A stretch of 64,000 nucleotides of DNA from Fibrobacteria bacterium (GTDB lineage Bacteria > Fibrobacterota > Fibrobacteria > UBA11236). The translations under genes and the position numbers were made by a program. Position 1 is the first letter of the stretch. Each line of letters starts with the position of its first letter. The notes below the pieces were generated by a model, which saw nothing but the letters and a program-made list of their open reading frames with translations, was not told the DNA's origin and did not search any database. The stretch is taken from contig JAYTHY010000023.1 in the NCBI GenBank assembly GCA_043732185.1, forward strand, positions 40,880 through 104,879, in the 5' to 3' direction. This document shows, in pieces, positions 30,923-41,431 of this stretch.

Positions 30923-33179
30923 GGCAAGCCACTCGGGCACCGCCAGCTAAAGTTACCAAGGGCGGCATAGCCGTCTCGCAAATCTTGGAGGCTTGAGACA
31001 GATATATCGGGCAGCGGTTACGGAATGGACATCCCCCAGTCAATCGTACGGGTTCCACATCCGGGTATGCTGCCAGCACATGCTTTCTATCGACATCTCC
31101 CAAGCTTGGTGTTGAAGCCAGGAGCAATCGAGTATAAGGATGAAGTACGCCATTCACGGTAAAGTGTTCTACCCGTGCCTCCTCAACCAAATATCCCATA
31201 TACATAACGCCAATTCTATCCGCCAAAATTTTTACCAAAGTGAGATTGTGCGAGATGAAAAGATAAGAGAGGCCAAGGTGGCGCTGGAATTCCTTGAGCA
31301 AGGACATGACTTGACTTTGAATCGCCAAATCCAAACTGGCCACAGGCTCGTCGCAGACCAGGAACGCAGGTTTGGTGATCAGAGCGCGCGCAATGGTGCT
31401 GCGTTGTTTCTCGCCGGAACTTAAGTTGCTCGGATACCGCGAGCCATGGCTGGGATCCAGGCGCACTTGTTCCAAGGCATCGGAAACACGTTTGAGCTTT
31501 TCCTCTTTCGACAATTTGCCTTCGCGTTCCAGCCCTTCTGAAAGTATGGCCTCGATAGTCATACCGCTATTCAGTACGCTTTCCGGATGTTGGAAAAGCA
31601 TGCGGACTTCTTTTCGCAAATGCATCATTTGGGACTTGGAAAGTTTTAGAACGTCTTGGCCCTTATACAGGATTTCCCCGCCATCCACAGCTTGCAAAGC
31701 CATAATGGACAGGCCCAAGGTCGATTTTCCCGATCCACTCTCCCCCACTAGTCCATAGGTTTTGCCTTTAGCAATCGAAAGCGAAATATCGTTCAAGGCT
31801 AGGAAGGATCGATTCCCCTGAAAAAAAGTCTTGCGCAGGCCACGAATCTCAATAATGTTCTCAACCTCTAACGATTGGTCGGATAGTCGATTCAAATGAG
31901 CTTGGGAGGATGTCCCGGGGCTGTGCGCCTTGTTGTGGGTGGGAAATAAACATTTGGACCAGGAGTGGGCGACGAGAATATTGGCACCCTTTTCAGCACC
32001 CTTTTCAGCAAAATTTAGGGGATTATTTACGGCAAAATTTACGGAGTCCGCATGTGGTACTTGCGAACCCGCTTCCAGTGCACTGGCTTGGAGTTGACCG
32101 GAAGGCTTGTGCAGCTCACATTGGACTCTTTCCTCTGGCGTCAACCGTCCCCGATACGCGGCACAAATGCTTCGATAAGCACAGCCAGTGCCCGCATCCG
32201 GATCGGTTGGCGGAATGGGAATTTTTTCTCCAAACCGGGAAAAAGAGTCCAACAAGGAAGCCGTATAAGGATGCTTGGGGGCATCGAGTACGGAAGTTGA
32301 AGTTCCCGTTTCCACTACCGAACCACGATGCATAACATAGATGCGGCTGCTGATTTCCTGAATGACGCCGATGTCGTGCGAGATGATCAAAATACTGAGG
32401 CCGTGTTTTTCCTTGAGCTGCACAAAAAGCTGCAGGAGCTTTGCCTGAGTCGTGACATCCAAGGATGTCGATGGCTCATCGGCAATCAGTAATTTAGGTT
32501 TGGCGCAGAGAGCCATGGAAATCATTACCCGCTGTGCCATGCCACCGCTGATCTCATGAGGATGAAGGCCCCATAAGTTTTCGGCATCGACCAGTCCAAC
32601 ATCTTTAAGCAATTCCACCGCGATCGCCTTGGCCGCCGCCGTACCTTTACCCTGCAGATCGAATCGCTCGCGATTACGATCCAAAGCCTCGAGCATATGG
32701 TCCCCGACCGTGTAAAAAGGATCAAGCGAAGCCTTGGGCTCTTGAAAAATAGTTGCCACATCCCGTCCAAGAATGTCAAACAACACTTTGCGGTGGGCCC
32801 GCTGAAAGGGAATGTATTTTTTGCCGACAATGCCGTTTTCCATCGACGAGAAGCTGTCCATGGCCGGCAAAAGCGATTTGCCATCCAATCTGGCTTCGCC
32901 TTTCCAAACGCCCGGAAAACCTTTTACCAGCCCCAACAGACCCATGGCTAAAGTGGTTTTGCCGCTACCAGATTGACCGATAAGGCCGACAATCTCACCC
33001 CGACCAATTTCCATATTAACCTGATCCACGGCTTTTAAATATTTCGGACCTTGACCGAACCAGATGCACAGCCCTTTCACCGAAAGCAAAACCGGTGAGG
33101 GAGGATTGAATGTTGGAACGCCAGTAGTCAAGTTGGTATCAGCGTCCTTCACGATAGGCCAATCTTGCATTGAGCCCAT
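30906..33179 (-). CDS. Fused DppD-DppF type ABC ATPase
   Basis: Two Walker A (GQSGSGKT, GESGSGKS), two DEP Walker B, two HPYT plus Cys-rich tails. Confidence 0.93.
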   Translation of the reverse strand: MGSMQDWPIVKDADTNLTTGVPTFNPPSPVLLSVKGLCIWFGQGPKYLKAVDQVNMEIGRGEIVGLIGQSGSGKTTLAMGLLGLVKGFPGVWKGEARLDGKSLLPAMDSFSSMENGIVGKKYIPFQRAHRKVLFDILGRDVATIFQEPKASLDPFYTVGDHMLEALDRNRERFDLQGKGTAAAKAIAVELLKDVGLVDAENLWGLHPHEISGGMAQRVMISMALCAKPKLLIADEPSTSLDVTTQAKLLQLFVQLKEKHGLSILIISHDIGVIQEISSRIYVMHRGSVVETGTSTSVLDAPKHPYTASLLDSFSRFGEKIPIPPTDPDAGTGCAYRSICAAYRGRLTPEERVQCELHKPSGQLQASALEAGSQVPHADSVNFAVNNPLNFAEKGAEKGANILVAHSWSKCLFPTHNKAHSPGTSSQAHLNRLSDQSLEVENIIEIRGLRKTFFQGNRSFLALNDISLSIAKGKTYGLVGESGSGKSTLGLSIMALQAVDGGEILYKGQDVLKLSKSQMMHLRKEVRMLFQHPESVLNSGMTIEAILSEGLEREGKLSKEEKLKRVSDALEQVRLDPSHGSRYPSNLSSGEKQRSTIARALITKPAFLVCDEPVASLDLAIQSQVMSLLKEFQRHLGLSYLFISHNLTLVKILADRIGVMYMGYLVEEARVEHFTVNGVLHPYTRLLLASTPSLGDVDRKHVLAAYPDVEPVRLTGGCPFRNRCPIYLSQASKICETAMPPLVTLAGGARVACHFPLN

Positions 33180-34203
33180 CGCCTAAATAGAAGAAACCCA
33201 GAATGGCCAGTATGATTGCCATGGCAGGGAAAAAAGTGATCCAATAGAAGCCACTAAAAAAGGACATTTGACTGCCTTCTATAATGTTGCCCCAGGAAAC
33301 TTCAGGTGGCTTGGTTCCAAACTGGAGATAACTCAAAGTGGTTTCAACCAAAATGGATTCAGCCATGATCAACGAGAACTGGATAAAAAATACAGCCCGG
33401 TTTTGGTACCAGAAAAGATGGCGCCAAAGTATTTTCGTATCACTTAGTGCGGCCTCTTTAGCAGCGAGTATAAAACCCATTTTTGAAAGAATGCGTACTC
33501 GGGTCGCGATAAGTTCGGAAACTCGAGGAATAAGTGTCGCCCCCAAAACCGCCATGGTGTAATACACATTGGGCTCCAATGCGCATATGACTACTAGAAT
33601 CAGGACCAGGCGCGGCATGGACAAAATAGTGCTGTTGAAAGTTTGTACCAATTTCCGAATCCAACCTCCGTAGTAGCCGGCCCAGAGACCGAGTGGAATT
33701 CCAAAACCCAAGGCAACAATACAGGTTACCAAACCCGGCAGAAAACAGTTTCGTGCCCCGGCGATTAGCAAGGCAAACATATCCCGTCCATTTCGATCGG
33801 TACCTAAGAAATGTGACTTGGCATGTTGGACCTTGTCCTCCATGGTCGGAGCTTCAGTGGGTACTTTTTCCCCTACCCCGATTCCGTTACCGGCTCCATC
33901 GCCTTTCAGAAAATCCAGATCTTCCTCATCACTACTTTTTGGCGCCTGATGCAATTCCGATCGACCGCCGGCTTGATTGCGTTTTTGCATTCGCAAGCCT
34001 TCTTCAGTGGCGAGCAGGTGCTTAAGCCAGCCGACCGTGGGCGGCGTAAGTTGGCTTTCCAAATCCATTTCATCCGCTCTATAGGGCGTCCAAATCGGTC
34101 CGGTCAAACTTGCCAAAACCAATAATGCCACGATAATGCTTCCTGCCGTAATCCGGTAGCTGCCTGGCTTTTTTAGCAGGAGAAGAATTTTGCCTTTTTT
34201 CAT
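33139..34203 (-). CDS. Opp/Dpp permease (OppC-like)
   Basis: HFLGTDRNGRD, AGYYGG, ETTLSYL, WGNII. Confidence 0.92.
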   Translation of the reverse strand: MKKGKILLLLKKPGSYRITAGSIIVALLVLASLTGPIWTPYRADEMDLESQLTPPTVGWLKHLLATEEGLRMQKRNQAGGRSELHQAPKSSDEEDLDFLKGDGAGNGIGVGEKVPTEAPTMEDKVQHAKSHFLGTDRNGRDMFALLIAGARNCFLPGLVTCIVALGFGIPLGLWAGYYGGWIRKLVQTFNSTILSMPRLVLILVVICALEPNVYYTMAVLGATLIPRVSELIATRVRILSKMGFILAAKEAALSDTKILWRHLFWYQNRAVFFIQFSLIMAESILVETTLSYLQFGTKPPEVSWGNIIEGSQMSFFSGFYWITFFPAMAIILAILGFFYLGDGLNARLAYREGR

Positions 34204-35108
34204 TCCCGCATCCTGGGATCCAGCCACACGGCGAGCAAATCATTTATGAGCATAAGCACACGAATCAGAAAAGCCATCACCAAGGTGATTCCCATAATGA
34301 CAGAAAAATCCCGCTTAAGCGTCGCCTCCCAACTCAGCCAGCCAAGGCCATGGAAATTGAAAATACGCTCAACGACAACCAGTCCACCAAGGAGCACAGC
34401 CATGTTGGTTACAATGATATTGAATATGGGCAAAACCATGGATTTAAAGAAATGGCGCCACAAGTCGCTTCCACGGGCCCGGGCCGCTTTGATGAACATA
34501 GCTCCGTTGACGTTCTGTACTTCCAAAGAAATAAAACGAACGAACTCACCAATAGTCCCATTGCCCACGGAGAGAACCAGGATAGGTAGTGAATAATAAC
34601 TGACATATGGCCAGAACTGAAAAGGTCCGTCCGGTGGCGTAGTAACGAAAAATTTGAATACCCCAAAAACAATGGCCAGAACAATATACCCATGCACAAA
34701 AACCGGCACCGAGGACAAAGTATATACCGCCAAGCCAACGGTTTTGCCTAAGGGTGAAACGGGCCGCAGACCCCGCCAAATGCCAAATGGGATGGAAATA
34801 AGCAAAGATAAGAACAGGGAGCCGAAGGTCAAAAGCAAAGTGGAAGGCGCATATTCCAGTATTAACGAAGTTACCTTCGTTCCATTAACCATGGAAATGC
34901 CAAAATCCATCCGCAGACAATCCCTGAGCCAAAGCAAATACTGTAAAGGCAAAGAACGGTCCAAATACAATTGATGGGCCGTGGCTGAAGATAAATTGTG
35001 GATTTGAGCGATATCACCCGGAGTCAAATGAACTATGGAAAAAATCAACAAGGAAACCAGGAGCAGTGAACCCGCAAAAAAACCTAGAATCTTGGCGATA
35101 GCAGACAT
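34200..35108 (-). CDS. Opp/Dpp permease (OppB-like)
   Basis: TPGD, DFGIS, ARARG, VVERIF..GLG, RD, LDPR. Confidence 0.92.
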   Translation of the reverse strand: MSAIAKILGFFAGSLLLVSLLIFSIVHLTPGDIAQIHNLSSATAHQLYLDRSLPLQYLLWLRDCLRMDFGISMVNGTKVTSLILEYAPSTLLLTFGSLFLSLLISIPFGIWRGLRPVSPLGKTVGLAVYTLSSVPVFVHGYIVLAIVFGVFKFFVTTPPDGPFQFWPYVSYYSLPILVLSVGNGTIGEFVRFISLEVQNVNGAMFIKAARARGSDLWRHFFKSMVLPIFNIIVTNMAVLLGGLVVVERIFNFHGLGWLSWEATLKRDFSVIMGITLVMAFLIRVLMLINDLLAVWLDPRMRE

Positions 35109-35158
35109 GCTCTTCTCGGTGGGCCAACCCCGGTTTCGACTAGGTACGGGCCCTGGGA

Positions 35159-35584
35159 TCAAGGACTAGATTTGAGGATTTTTTCGCCCAGTCCAGTGGT
35201 ATTGCCTTCCGTTGCTCCGCCTTCGAGTACAGCATCTTTGCCATCGATTTCTCGGGACAGCCGGAGAATGATGTTCTTATTGGCACCTTTTTTAGGCTTA
35301 AAGGAGCGGACATAACCCATATTACCGTCTTTGTCTTCGGCAATCAAGGTGTACTCGTTTTCTTCCACTACATTTGCGCCGATCTTAAAATTTCCATTGC
35401 GATCCACTCGCACAGATTCAGTGCGCGGACTGGTATAGACCACAACATCAGGCTCCGTCAAATGGGATCCATCCGGTTTGACAACAAGACCACTCATAGT
35501 TGTACCGCAACCGGTAAGCATCAGGGGAAGAACGAGTATTCCCCATGCGATAAAATTAACAGACTTGGTAGCCATTGCTATCAA
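35159..35584 (-). CDS. Hypothetical lipoprotein (prealbumin/carboxypeptidase-regulatory-like fold)
   Basis: Lipobox LTGC; SGLV..DG and DRNGNF patterns. Confidence 0.65.
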   Translation of the reverse strand: MIAMATKSVNFIAWGILVLPLMLTGCGTTMSGLVVKPDGSHLTEPDVVVYTSPRTESVRVDRNGNFKIGANVVEENEYTLIAEDKDGNMGYVRSFKPKKGANKNIILRLSREIDGKDAVLEGGATEGNTTGLGEKILKSSP

Positions 35585-37248
35585 TCCCTTTCGTCTTCTG
35601 GTATGAACCAGTCATTAATAAAAGTGAAAAACCGGTAAGGATGGACAACAGCCTTTTTGACCTTGTTCTCAATGGCAGCATTCTTTTCTAGGGTCCAAAG
35701 GAAGGTGTATGGGCAGTCCGCGGCCAGAATTTCGTGTAACTCATAATTGATGCGACGGCGAACCTCATGATTGATGGTCGTTGAAAATTTGCCTAACAGG
35801 CTATCGACGACCGGGTTTTTGTACGAAATGAAATTATCACCGCTGGGGGGCTGATTCTTGGAAGAATAAAACAATGAGGAAATGTCGGACGAATTGTCGA
35901 ATAACCATTCTGCAAAGACAATATCGAAATCGTGTTTGCCCTTGACCTCTTCTTTCCATTTCTCGTATTCACGATGCTGGATCTCAACCTTAACACCCAA
36001 TGTCTTCAGGTAATTCTGAAAACGAAGACAAACGGAAAGGCCGCCTTCATTGCCGCTATAAATGGGAATTTTAAGATTGAACTTAAGCGGCATGCCTTTA
36101 TATTCACGGATGCCATCTCGATCGGTATCAATAATTCCGGCTTTATCCAGCAACGCTTTTGCCTTGGCAACATCAAACGGCCAGGGAGCAACATCAGGAT
36201 TGTAACCCCAGGATGCGGGAGAAAACGGTCCGGAAACCACCTCGCCTTTTCCAAAATAAATATCCTCTAACATTTTATTGCGATCCATCCCCATTGTAAA
36301 GGCTTGGCGCACTTCCTTGATTTTGAGAATGGGATTATTCATGTTGTAGCCGAAAAATGCGAAAGCCAACGAGTTATACGGAATGATCATGAACTTGCCT
36401 GTGTTGGCAATTTCCGCAATTTTACCAGGAGGAACTTCCACTACCAAATCGATAGCATTGAGCAAAAGGCTCTGCACAAGCAGGGACATTTCCGGTTGAT
36501 ACACCATTTTTATTTCACCAATATTCGGAGGTCCACCGTAGTGGTCCGCAAATGCAGTCAGTACCACATCATGATTCTTGGTTTCCCGATCGAATTTGTA
36601 ATACCCGGTCCCAACCGGCGCTTTGGAAAACTTCGAGAATTTGGAAAGAACAGCTTTTCCGCCGAACATATGTTCAGGTACGATTTTAAAGAGAAAGCGG
36701 CGTTCGGGTTCGGCCACGCTGGTGTTGAAATCAAACTTGACAACATAGTCCCCGAGTACGGAAACGCTTTTGATCACTTCCAAGGCTTGGCGTGCCTCCG
36801 GTCGCACATCTGAAAGTGGATTCATAATGGCATCAAAAGTGAACTTTACATCGTTGGCAGTAAAGGGAACGCCATCGTGCCATTTCACATCTTTTCGCAA
36901 ATAAAAGGTAATCCGCTGATTTCCATTAAAGACGTTCCATTTTTCGGCCAACCGTCCTTTGACTTCGCCACGATAGTCAATAAATACCAAAGATTCGAAT
37001 AACAACTCGGAAAGACGAAGGGACGTCTCATTGTCCGAAGTAGTAATTGGATCGTAGGTATCCGGTAAAATCGGTTCCGCATAAACCAATCTGCCACCCT
37101 TCAATCCATCTCCCCCGCCATTTTTAGGGGCACTGGGAGCAGCTTGGCACAAGCCGACCATTAACGCGCAACTCAAAACAGTTATGCGCCCTATTGGATG
37201 CATCTTGATCATCAACTTTTTGCCTGTATACCCCATAGTTCCTTTCAC
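35581..37248 (-). CDS. Family-5 (peptide/nickel) ABC substrate-binding protein
   Basis: LRKDVKWHDGVPFTANDVKFTF, PVGTG, VRQA; AGGAG before GTG start. Confidence 0.93.
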   Translation of the reverse strand: MKGTMGYTGKKLMIKMHPIGRITVLSCALMVGLCQAAPSAPKNGGGDGLKGGRLVYAEPILPDTYDPITTSDNETSLRLSELLFESLVFIDYRGEVKGRLAEKWNVFNGNQRITFYLRKDVKWHDGVPFTANDVKFTFDAIMNPLSDVRPEARQALEVIKSVSVLGDYVVKFDFNTSVAEPERRFLFKIVPEHMFGGKAVLSKFSKFSKAPVGTGYYKFDRETKNHDVVLTAFADHYGGPPNIGEIKMVYQPEMSLLVQSLLLNAIDLVVEVPPGKIAEIANTGKFMIIPYNSLAFAFFGYNMNNPILKIKEVRQAFTMGMDRNKMLEDIYFGKGEVVSGPFSPASWGYNPDVAPWPFDVAKAKALLDKAGIIDTDRDGIREYKGMPLKFNLKIPIYSGNEGGLSVCLRFQNYLKTLGVKVEIQHREYEKWKEEVKGKHDFDIVFAEWLFDNSSDISSLFYSSKNQPPSGDNFISYKNPVVDSLLGKFSTTINHEVRRRINYELHEILAADCPYTFLWTLEKNAAIENKVKKAVVHPYRFFTFINDWFIPEDERD

Positions 37249-37283
37249 GTCTTCACTCCTATCATCAGACGAGCCTGGCCAGA

Positions 37284-38732
37284 CTAGCCGCCCTTCCGGA
37301 AGATTCGCTGAGACTCATAACTTCGCGCCAAACCAGCAGAAATACCTTGCATACAATAATGCATTTGACGACATGCTGGGAATTCCTTCTGCAAATGATA
37401 CAGTGTCTCCACAATTTCCTCGTATCTAAGCTTATTGGTCTTAAAAATAGCGAGAGAATAGTCGCACATATATTCCGGGTCAATCTGGTCGATTCGGTTG
37501 CGATATTCAATTTTATAACCTTTAGCGTATTGTTGCATGGCTGCCTCAGTTTGCCCATTCACAAACAACAGATTTGCAAAACTACGATAATAATTCGCAC
37601 TATTTCTCTCACGGACAGCCTGGCCTGCGAGCTTCAGTCCCTTGTCCAGATCCAGGTGTAAAAGATAGTAACAGTCGGCAATGTCCTTCTGGTCAGCCGG
37701 ACTTTTACTGGAAATGGATAAGCTTTGCAGAATGGATCTGGCTTCTGGGACACGGCTTTGATTTGCAAAAATCTGAGCTTTCAAGATCTGGGTTTCCAAG
37801 TCCGTGGACTGACCCAGGCAATTTAATGCTTCTTTCCATTGCCCAAGGCGCGCATAGGATTCGGCCAAAGCTGTTTGGGTATTAAATTTTGCAGCCAAAT
37901 CAGGAAACTTCCCTTCTTCCTCTTTAATTCGCAAATTCGTCAACTTACTAAGTGTGTAATATGCGTCGGAAATGGTTTCCATCAGAAACGGATCGTAGAA
38001 ATTAATTTGTGTGTTCTTACCTTGGTCCAGATAGGCCTCAGGCTGTTGCGCATCGTTAAGGACGGCCTGCAGGGAATTGTCGACGGACTCAAGAGTTGCC
38101 GATGCAGAATGCAACATAATTTTAAGCCTACACCGACGGCTGCGCTGCGTCTCTGCTTTCAAGGATGCAGGTACTTCGGTTGTGCTTTGATTTTGAAGCT
38201 CCAGTGCTTCCCATTGCGCGGAAACGTCCTTTATCCCTTGCGTCAATTCCAAGTTGGATTCACCCAGCCGCTTTCGCGTAAAATGCAAAAACACTTCCGT
38301 CATGTCCGAAGTTGACGTTCCAGTGTTTCCCAGCTTCTTTGATTTTTCAAACGCGCTTTTTGCTTCGGCAAACAATCCAGCCTGGAACTGGATTTGACCA
38401 AGATAGAGATAATTAAGGGCATTGCCGCTTTCCCCAGTTTGTTCTGAGTAATAGCTGGCCATGATAGGGCTGGACAAACTTGAAAAACCATTGAACAAGC
38501 TGCCAAGTCGAAAATAGGCAAGAGACTTGCCTTTTAATGCGCGTAGCCCTTTTTCATCCAATTTTCCGGATGATATATCCTTGTCCCAAACGCTCACGGC
38601 CTCTTCATAACGGTGACGTCTAATAAGTTCTATAGGATCTTCGCGGCATTCCCCGTTCAGGTAGAGGAAAGCGCCAAGAAATAGAAGCGCTGACCTAAGG
38701 AACCTGGGGCCATCAGTTCTTGAACAAATCAT
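37284..38732 (-). CDS. Exported TPR protein
   Basis: Signal-like N terminus; YLGQIQFQAG..EAKSAF and LAESYARLGQWKEA helices. Confidence 0.75.
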   Translation of the reverse strand: MICSRTDGPRFLRSALLFLGAFLYLNGECREDPIELIRRHRYEEAVSVWDKDISSGKLDEKGLRALKGKSLAYFRLGSLFNGFSSLSSPIMASYYSEQTGESGNALNYLYLGQIQFQAGLFAEAKSAFEKSKKLGNTGTSTSDMTEVFLHFTRKRLGESNLELTQGIKDVSAQWEALELQNQSTTEVPASLKAETQRSRRCRLKIMLHSASATLESVDNSLQAVLNDAQQPEAYLDQGKNTQINFYDPFLMETISDAYYTLSKLTNLRIKEEEGKFPDLAAKFNTQTALAESYARLGQWKEALNCLGQSTDLETQILKAQIFANQSRVPEARSILQSLSISSKSPADQKDIADCYYLLHLDLDKGLKLAGQAVRERNSANYYRSFANLLFVNGQTEAAMQQYAKGYKIEYRNRIDQIDPEYMCDYSLAIFKTNKLRYEEIVETLYHLQKEFPACRQMHYCMQGISAGLARSYESQRIFRKGG

Positions 38733-40020
38733 ATTTTGCCGGATCCACCTTCTCAGAGCGCAGTCTTAAATCGGAACCAATGAGTACAGAGGCAAATATT
38801 TTGAATTCCAATCCCGCTTCGCCTGCAAACACGATAATGGGATGATTGGGTAAGCAATCTACGTCTCTATGAATGCTTGATTCCGTGGTAATGGTCGCAC
38901 GTTTGTAATTTTGATCGTAAAGCCACTTTTCCAAGTTCACAACTTCAAGTGGATTAAGTCGACTGGATTCTCTTTTGGCATAAACAATGGCTCTTGAACC
39001 GGGTAGCCAAGTTGGACCATTATAAGAACTAGGGTATACATTTTCGGCAATTTTTGGTGTTTTGCCATGTAGATCAGCAACTTCAACCAAATGCCCCTGG
39101 GGATCCACTTTTAACTGCATTACCCCGATATCCACTACGCGATCATTCAGATCGTTGGATATTTGGTAGGCGACAAAATGCCCATCAAACGACCAGGATG
39201 GATGGCTTTTGTTATTGGTGATCTGATTATTGAATATTTTGATTTTTTTGGCGTCCATGAAATCCATCAAGGCAATTGTATACAGACCACGTTTTTTGTT
39301 TCCACTTGTCCGCGTTGTATAAGCCAAAAAACGCCCATCCGGAGAATAGGCCGGGAACATTTCTTCTCCTGGATTTGTAGTGAGTCTTTCGAACGAGTTT
39401 TTCGACTCACGTTTAATTTCCTTTCCTAGGTATTTTGACATATCAGTAACCAGGTAAAGATCTCCATCTCCTGTTCGTGCTGAAACAAAAACCAAACTCT
39501 TACCATCCGGCGACCAGCGAGGGCAGCCATCCACTTCTGGATCAAATGTTAGTCGCGTATGAACCTTGGATCCAATTGCTCCGATATAGATATCATGATT
39601 ATTGACGCCGCCCGCACTCACATACGCATAGTATTGAATTCCATCATGAAGAACTGGGCACCAGACCAGCTCGTCTTCGTAACCCTTGAAAATGCTTTGG
39701 TCAGTATCTTCGTCAATATTTACATCTTCAATTTTACCAGCAGTAGCCTTAGGAGTAATCTGAGTGAGATCTTTTGTTTTGGAATCGTATAACCAAATCT
39801 GACGATTGTCACGAATCTGCCGCACAAATGCGATATAATTGATCAAATTGGGGCAAATTTTTGGATGGAAAAGTTGACCTGAAATTTTAGGGTTGTCGCT
39901 CGAGACAACCACCACCGTTTTGCTGGCATCGGTTGCCTCTTTATCATCCGCAGTTTGGGCCATGGAAATGGCAATTCCAGCAACCAGAAAAGCACTTAAA
40001 AAATTTCTACTGCACTTCAT
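38713..40020 (-). CDS. TolB-like beta-propeller (PD40 repeats)
   Basis: Signal peptide; PRWSPDGKSLVFVS, PAYSPDGRFLAY, PSWSFDG. Confidence 0.85.
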   Translation of the reverse strand: MKCSRNFLSAFLVAGIAISMAQTADDKEATDASKTVVVVSSDNPKISGQLFHPKICPNLINYIAFVRQIRDNRQIWLYDSKTKDLTQITPKATAGKIEDVNIDEDTDQSIFKGYEDELVWCPVLHDGIQYYAYVSAGGVNNHDIYIGAIGSKVHTRLTFDPEVDGCPRWSPDGKSLVFVSARTGDGDLYLVTDMSKYLGKEIKRESKNSFERLTTNPGEEMFPAYSPDGRFLAYTTRTSGNKKRGLYTIALMDFMDAKKIKIFNNQITNNKSHPSWSFDGHFVAYQISNDLNDRVVDIGVMQLKVDPQGHLVEVADLHGKTPKIAENVYPSSYNGPTWLPGSRAIVYAKRESSRLNPLEVVNLEKWLYDQNYKRATITTESSIHRDVDCLPNHPIIVFAGEAGLEFKIFASVLIGSDLRLRSEKVDPAKYDLFKN

Positions 40021-40043
40021 GGTGAACCTTTTCTCCGATGCCC

Positions 40044-41387
40044 TCATAGGTTACTCAGGCTTTTGAGGTAGTTTTCAGCTTTCAGATTTTCATTCTTGTA
40101 CTTTTCATTCTTCGAAAACCATACTTCGTAATCCTTCCATTTAAGAATGGCTTGTTGACGATAATACACTTGCTTGTCCGGATTGGTAGCATGCTTATAC
40201 AAGCGGGTCCAAGCTAAGGCCCAAAAATATTTTGTCCTTTGCATTACATCATCGAATACCGCCGGCTCGATGAAACTCTGATCCCGAATTACGGCCTCAA
40301 ACGCTTGGTGGGCCTTGGCGTATTGCTTCATTTCGACGTAACAGATGCCAATATTCATATTGGCGAGTGGATAATATTTTTCAAATTCGAGGACGTTTAA
40401 AAATGCTGAGACAGCCTCGCTCATGTGACCGACTTTCAACATGGAGAGGCCTTTCAAAAAGTTGGCCTGCACATATTCGTCTCTCTCAATTCCACCCCTC
40501 TTCTTGGAAGTAGGCTTTCCGAGCGCGGAAAATGAACGGATGGCATTGACATAATCCTGTTGACGATATGCGGCTACGCCTTCTTTAAAACTGGCTGATC
40601 CGCCTGTTGGTGTTTCCGAATTTACTTTATCCACATCTGGTAAAGCCTGCCCAACCGGCGCCGTAACCATTGCCAATCGAACAGCTTCACTTGGGCTGGT
40701 CTTGCTTGTGACTGGGAGGTCTTCAGGGGCAAACGCCTTGGCGGCCGCAGGTGGTTGCGGAGGCTCCACGGGCTTTGGGGTTGGAACAGGAGGCACTACA
40801 GCTACGGGAGGCTCTTCCTTTACAACTTTATGGACTTCGGGGGCTGGTTTGTCAACAGGTAATGGTTTGACTGCAACTGGGCTTGATTTTTCCGGTTTTG
40901 GAAGAGCCGGTTTTTGTATTTCTGGTTTTGGTTCTTCAGGTATGGACACCTGTTTTGCTACCGGTATTGGCTTCACATGGTTTTTGGGATGTGTTTGGAC
41001 ATGTGTCTTGGGAGGGGCTTTGGAAAGAGCTGGCTTTGTGGGTGCAGGTTCAGGAAGCGGTTCTGGCATAGCAACAGGTTTGGGTTCCGGTTCCTTTACT
41101 TCAAGTGATTTTACCGGCTCGGTAACAACCGTGTCCTGTACTTTTGGGTTTGTCGAGTCGGTAACAGTTTGCGCAACCTCACCAACAGGCTCCTTGAAGC
41201 CAGGTTCTACCTGGCTGTTTAGTGCATTTTTTATCCGTTCAGCATTACGGTTTTTCTGGAGCTCCATCCAGCCCCAGACAATTAGACCGAGCAGAACAAT
41301 GGCCACTATGATTAGAACCGAAATAAATTGGTTCCGTTTTTTCCGTTGAGCGGAAACTTCCATGTACCTGAAATTTGTATCACTCAT
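40044..41387 (-). CDS. Membrane-anchored protein with Pro/Lys/Glu-rich linker and C-terminal TPRs
   Basis: N-terminal TM, long PEPKP-rich stretch, TPR motifs (ANMNIGICY..KQYAKA). Confidence 0.8.
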   Translation of the reverse strand: MSDTNFRYMEVSAQRKKRNQFISVLIIVAIVLLGLIVWGWMELQKNRNAERIKNALNSQVEPGFKEPVGEVAQTVTDSTNPKVQDTVVTEPVKSLEVKEPEPKPVAMPEPLPEPAPTKPALSKAPPKTHVQTHPKNHVKPIPVAKQVSIPEEPKPEIQKPALPKPEKSSPVAVKPLPVDKPAPEVHKVVKEEPPVAVVPPVPTPKPVEPPQPPAAAKAFAPEDLPVTSKTSPSEAVRLAMVTAPVGQALPDVDKVNSETPTGGSASFKEGVAAYRQQDYVNAIRSFSALGKPTSKKRGGIERDEYVQANFLKGLSMLKVGHMSEAVSAFLNVLEFEKYYPLANMNIGICYVEMKQYAKAHQAFEAVIRDQSFIEPAVFDDVMQRTKYFWALAWTRLYKHATNPDKQVYYRQQAILKWKDYEVWFSKNEKYKNENLKAENYLKSLSNL

Positions 41388-41431
41388 TTTCAATCCCTAG
41401 AAATATATTGATTTTGGTCGGTTCTGTAAGG

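Noticed and set aside
40702..41349. 215-aa Gly/Thr-rich ORF
   Set aside because: Antisense reading of the Pro-rich linker codons
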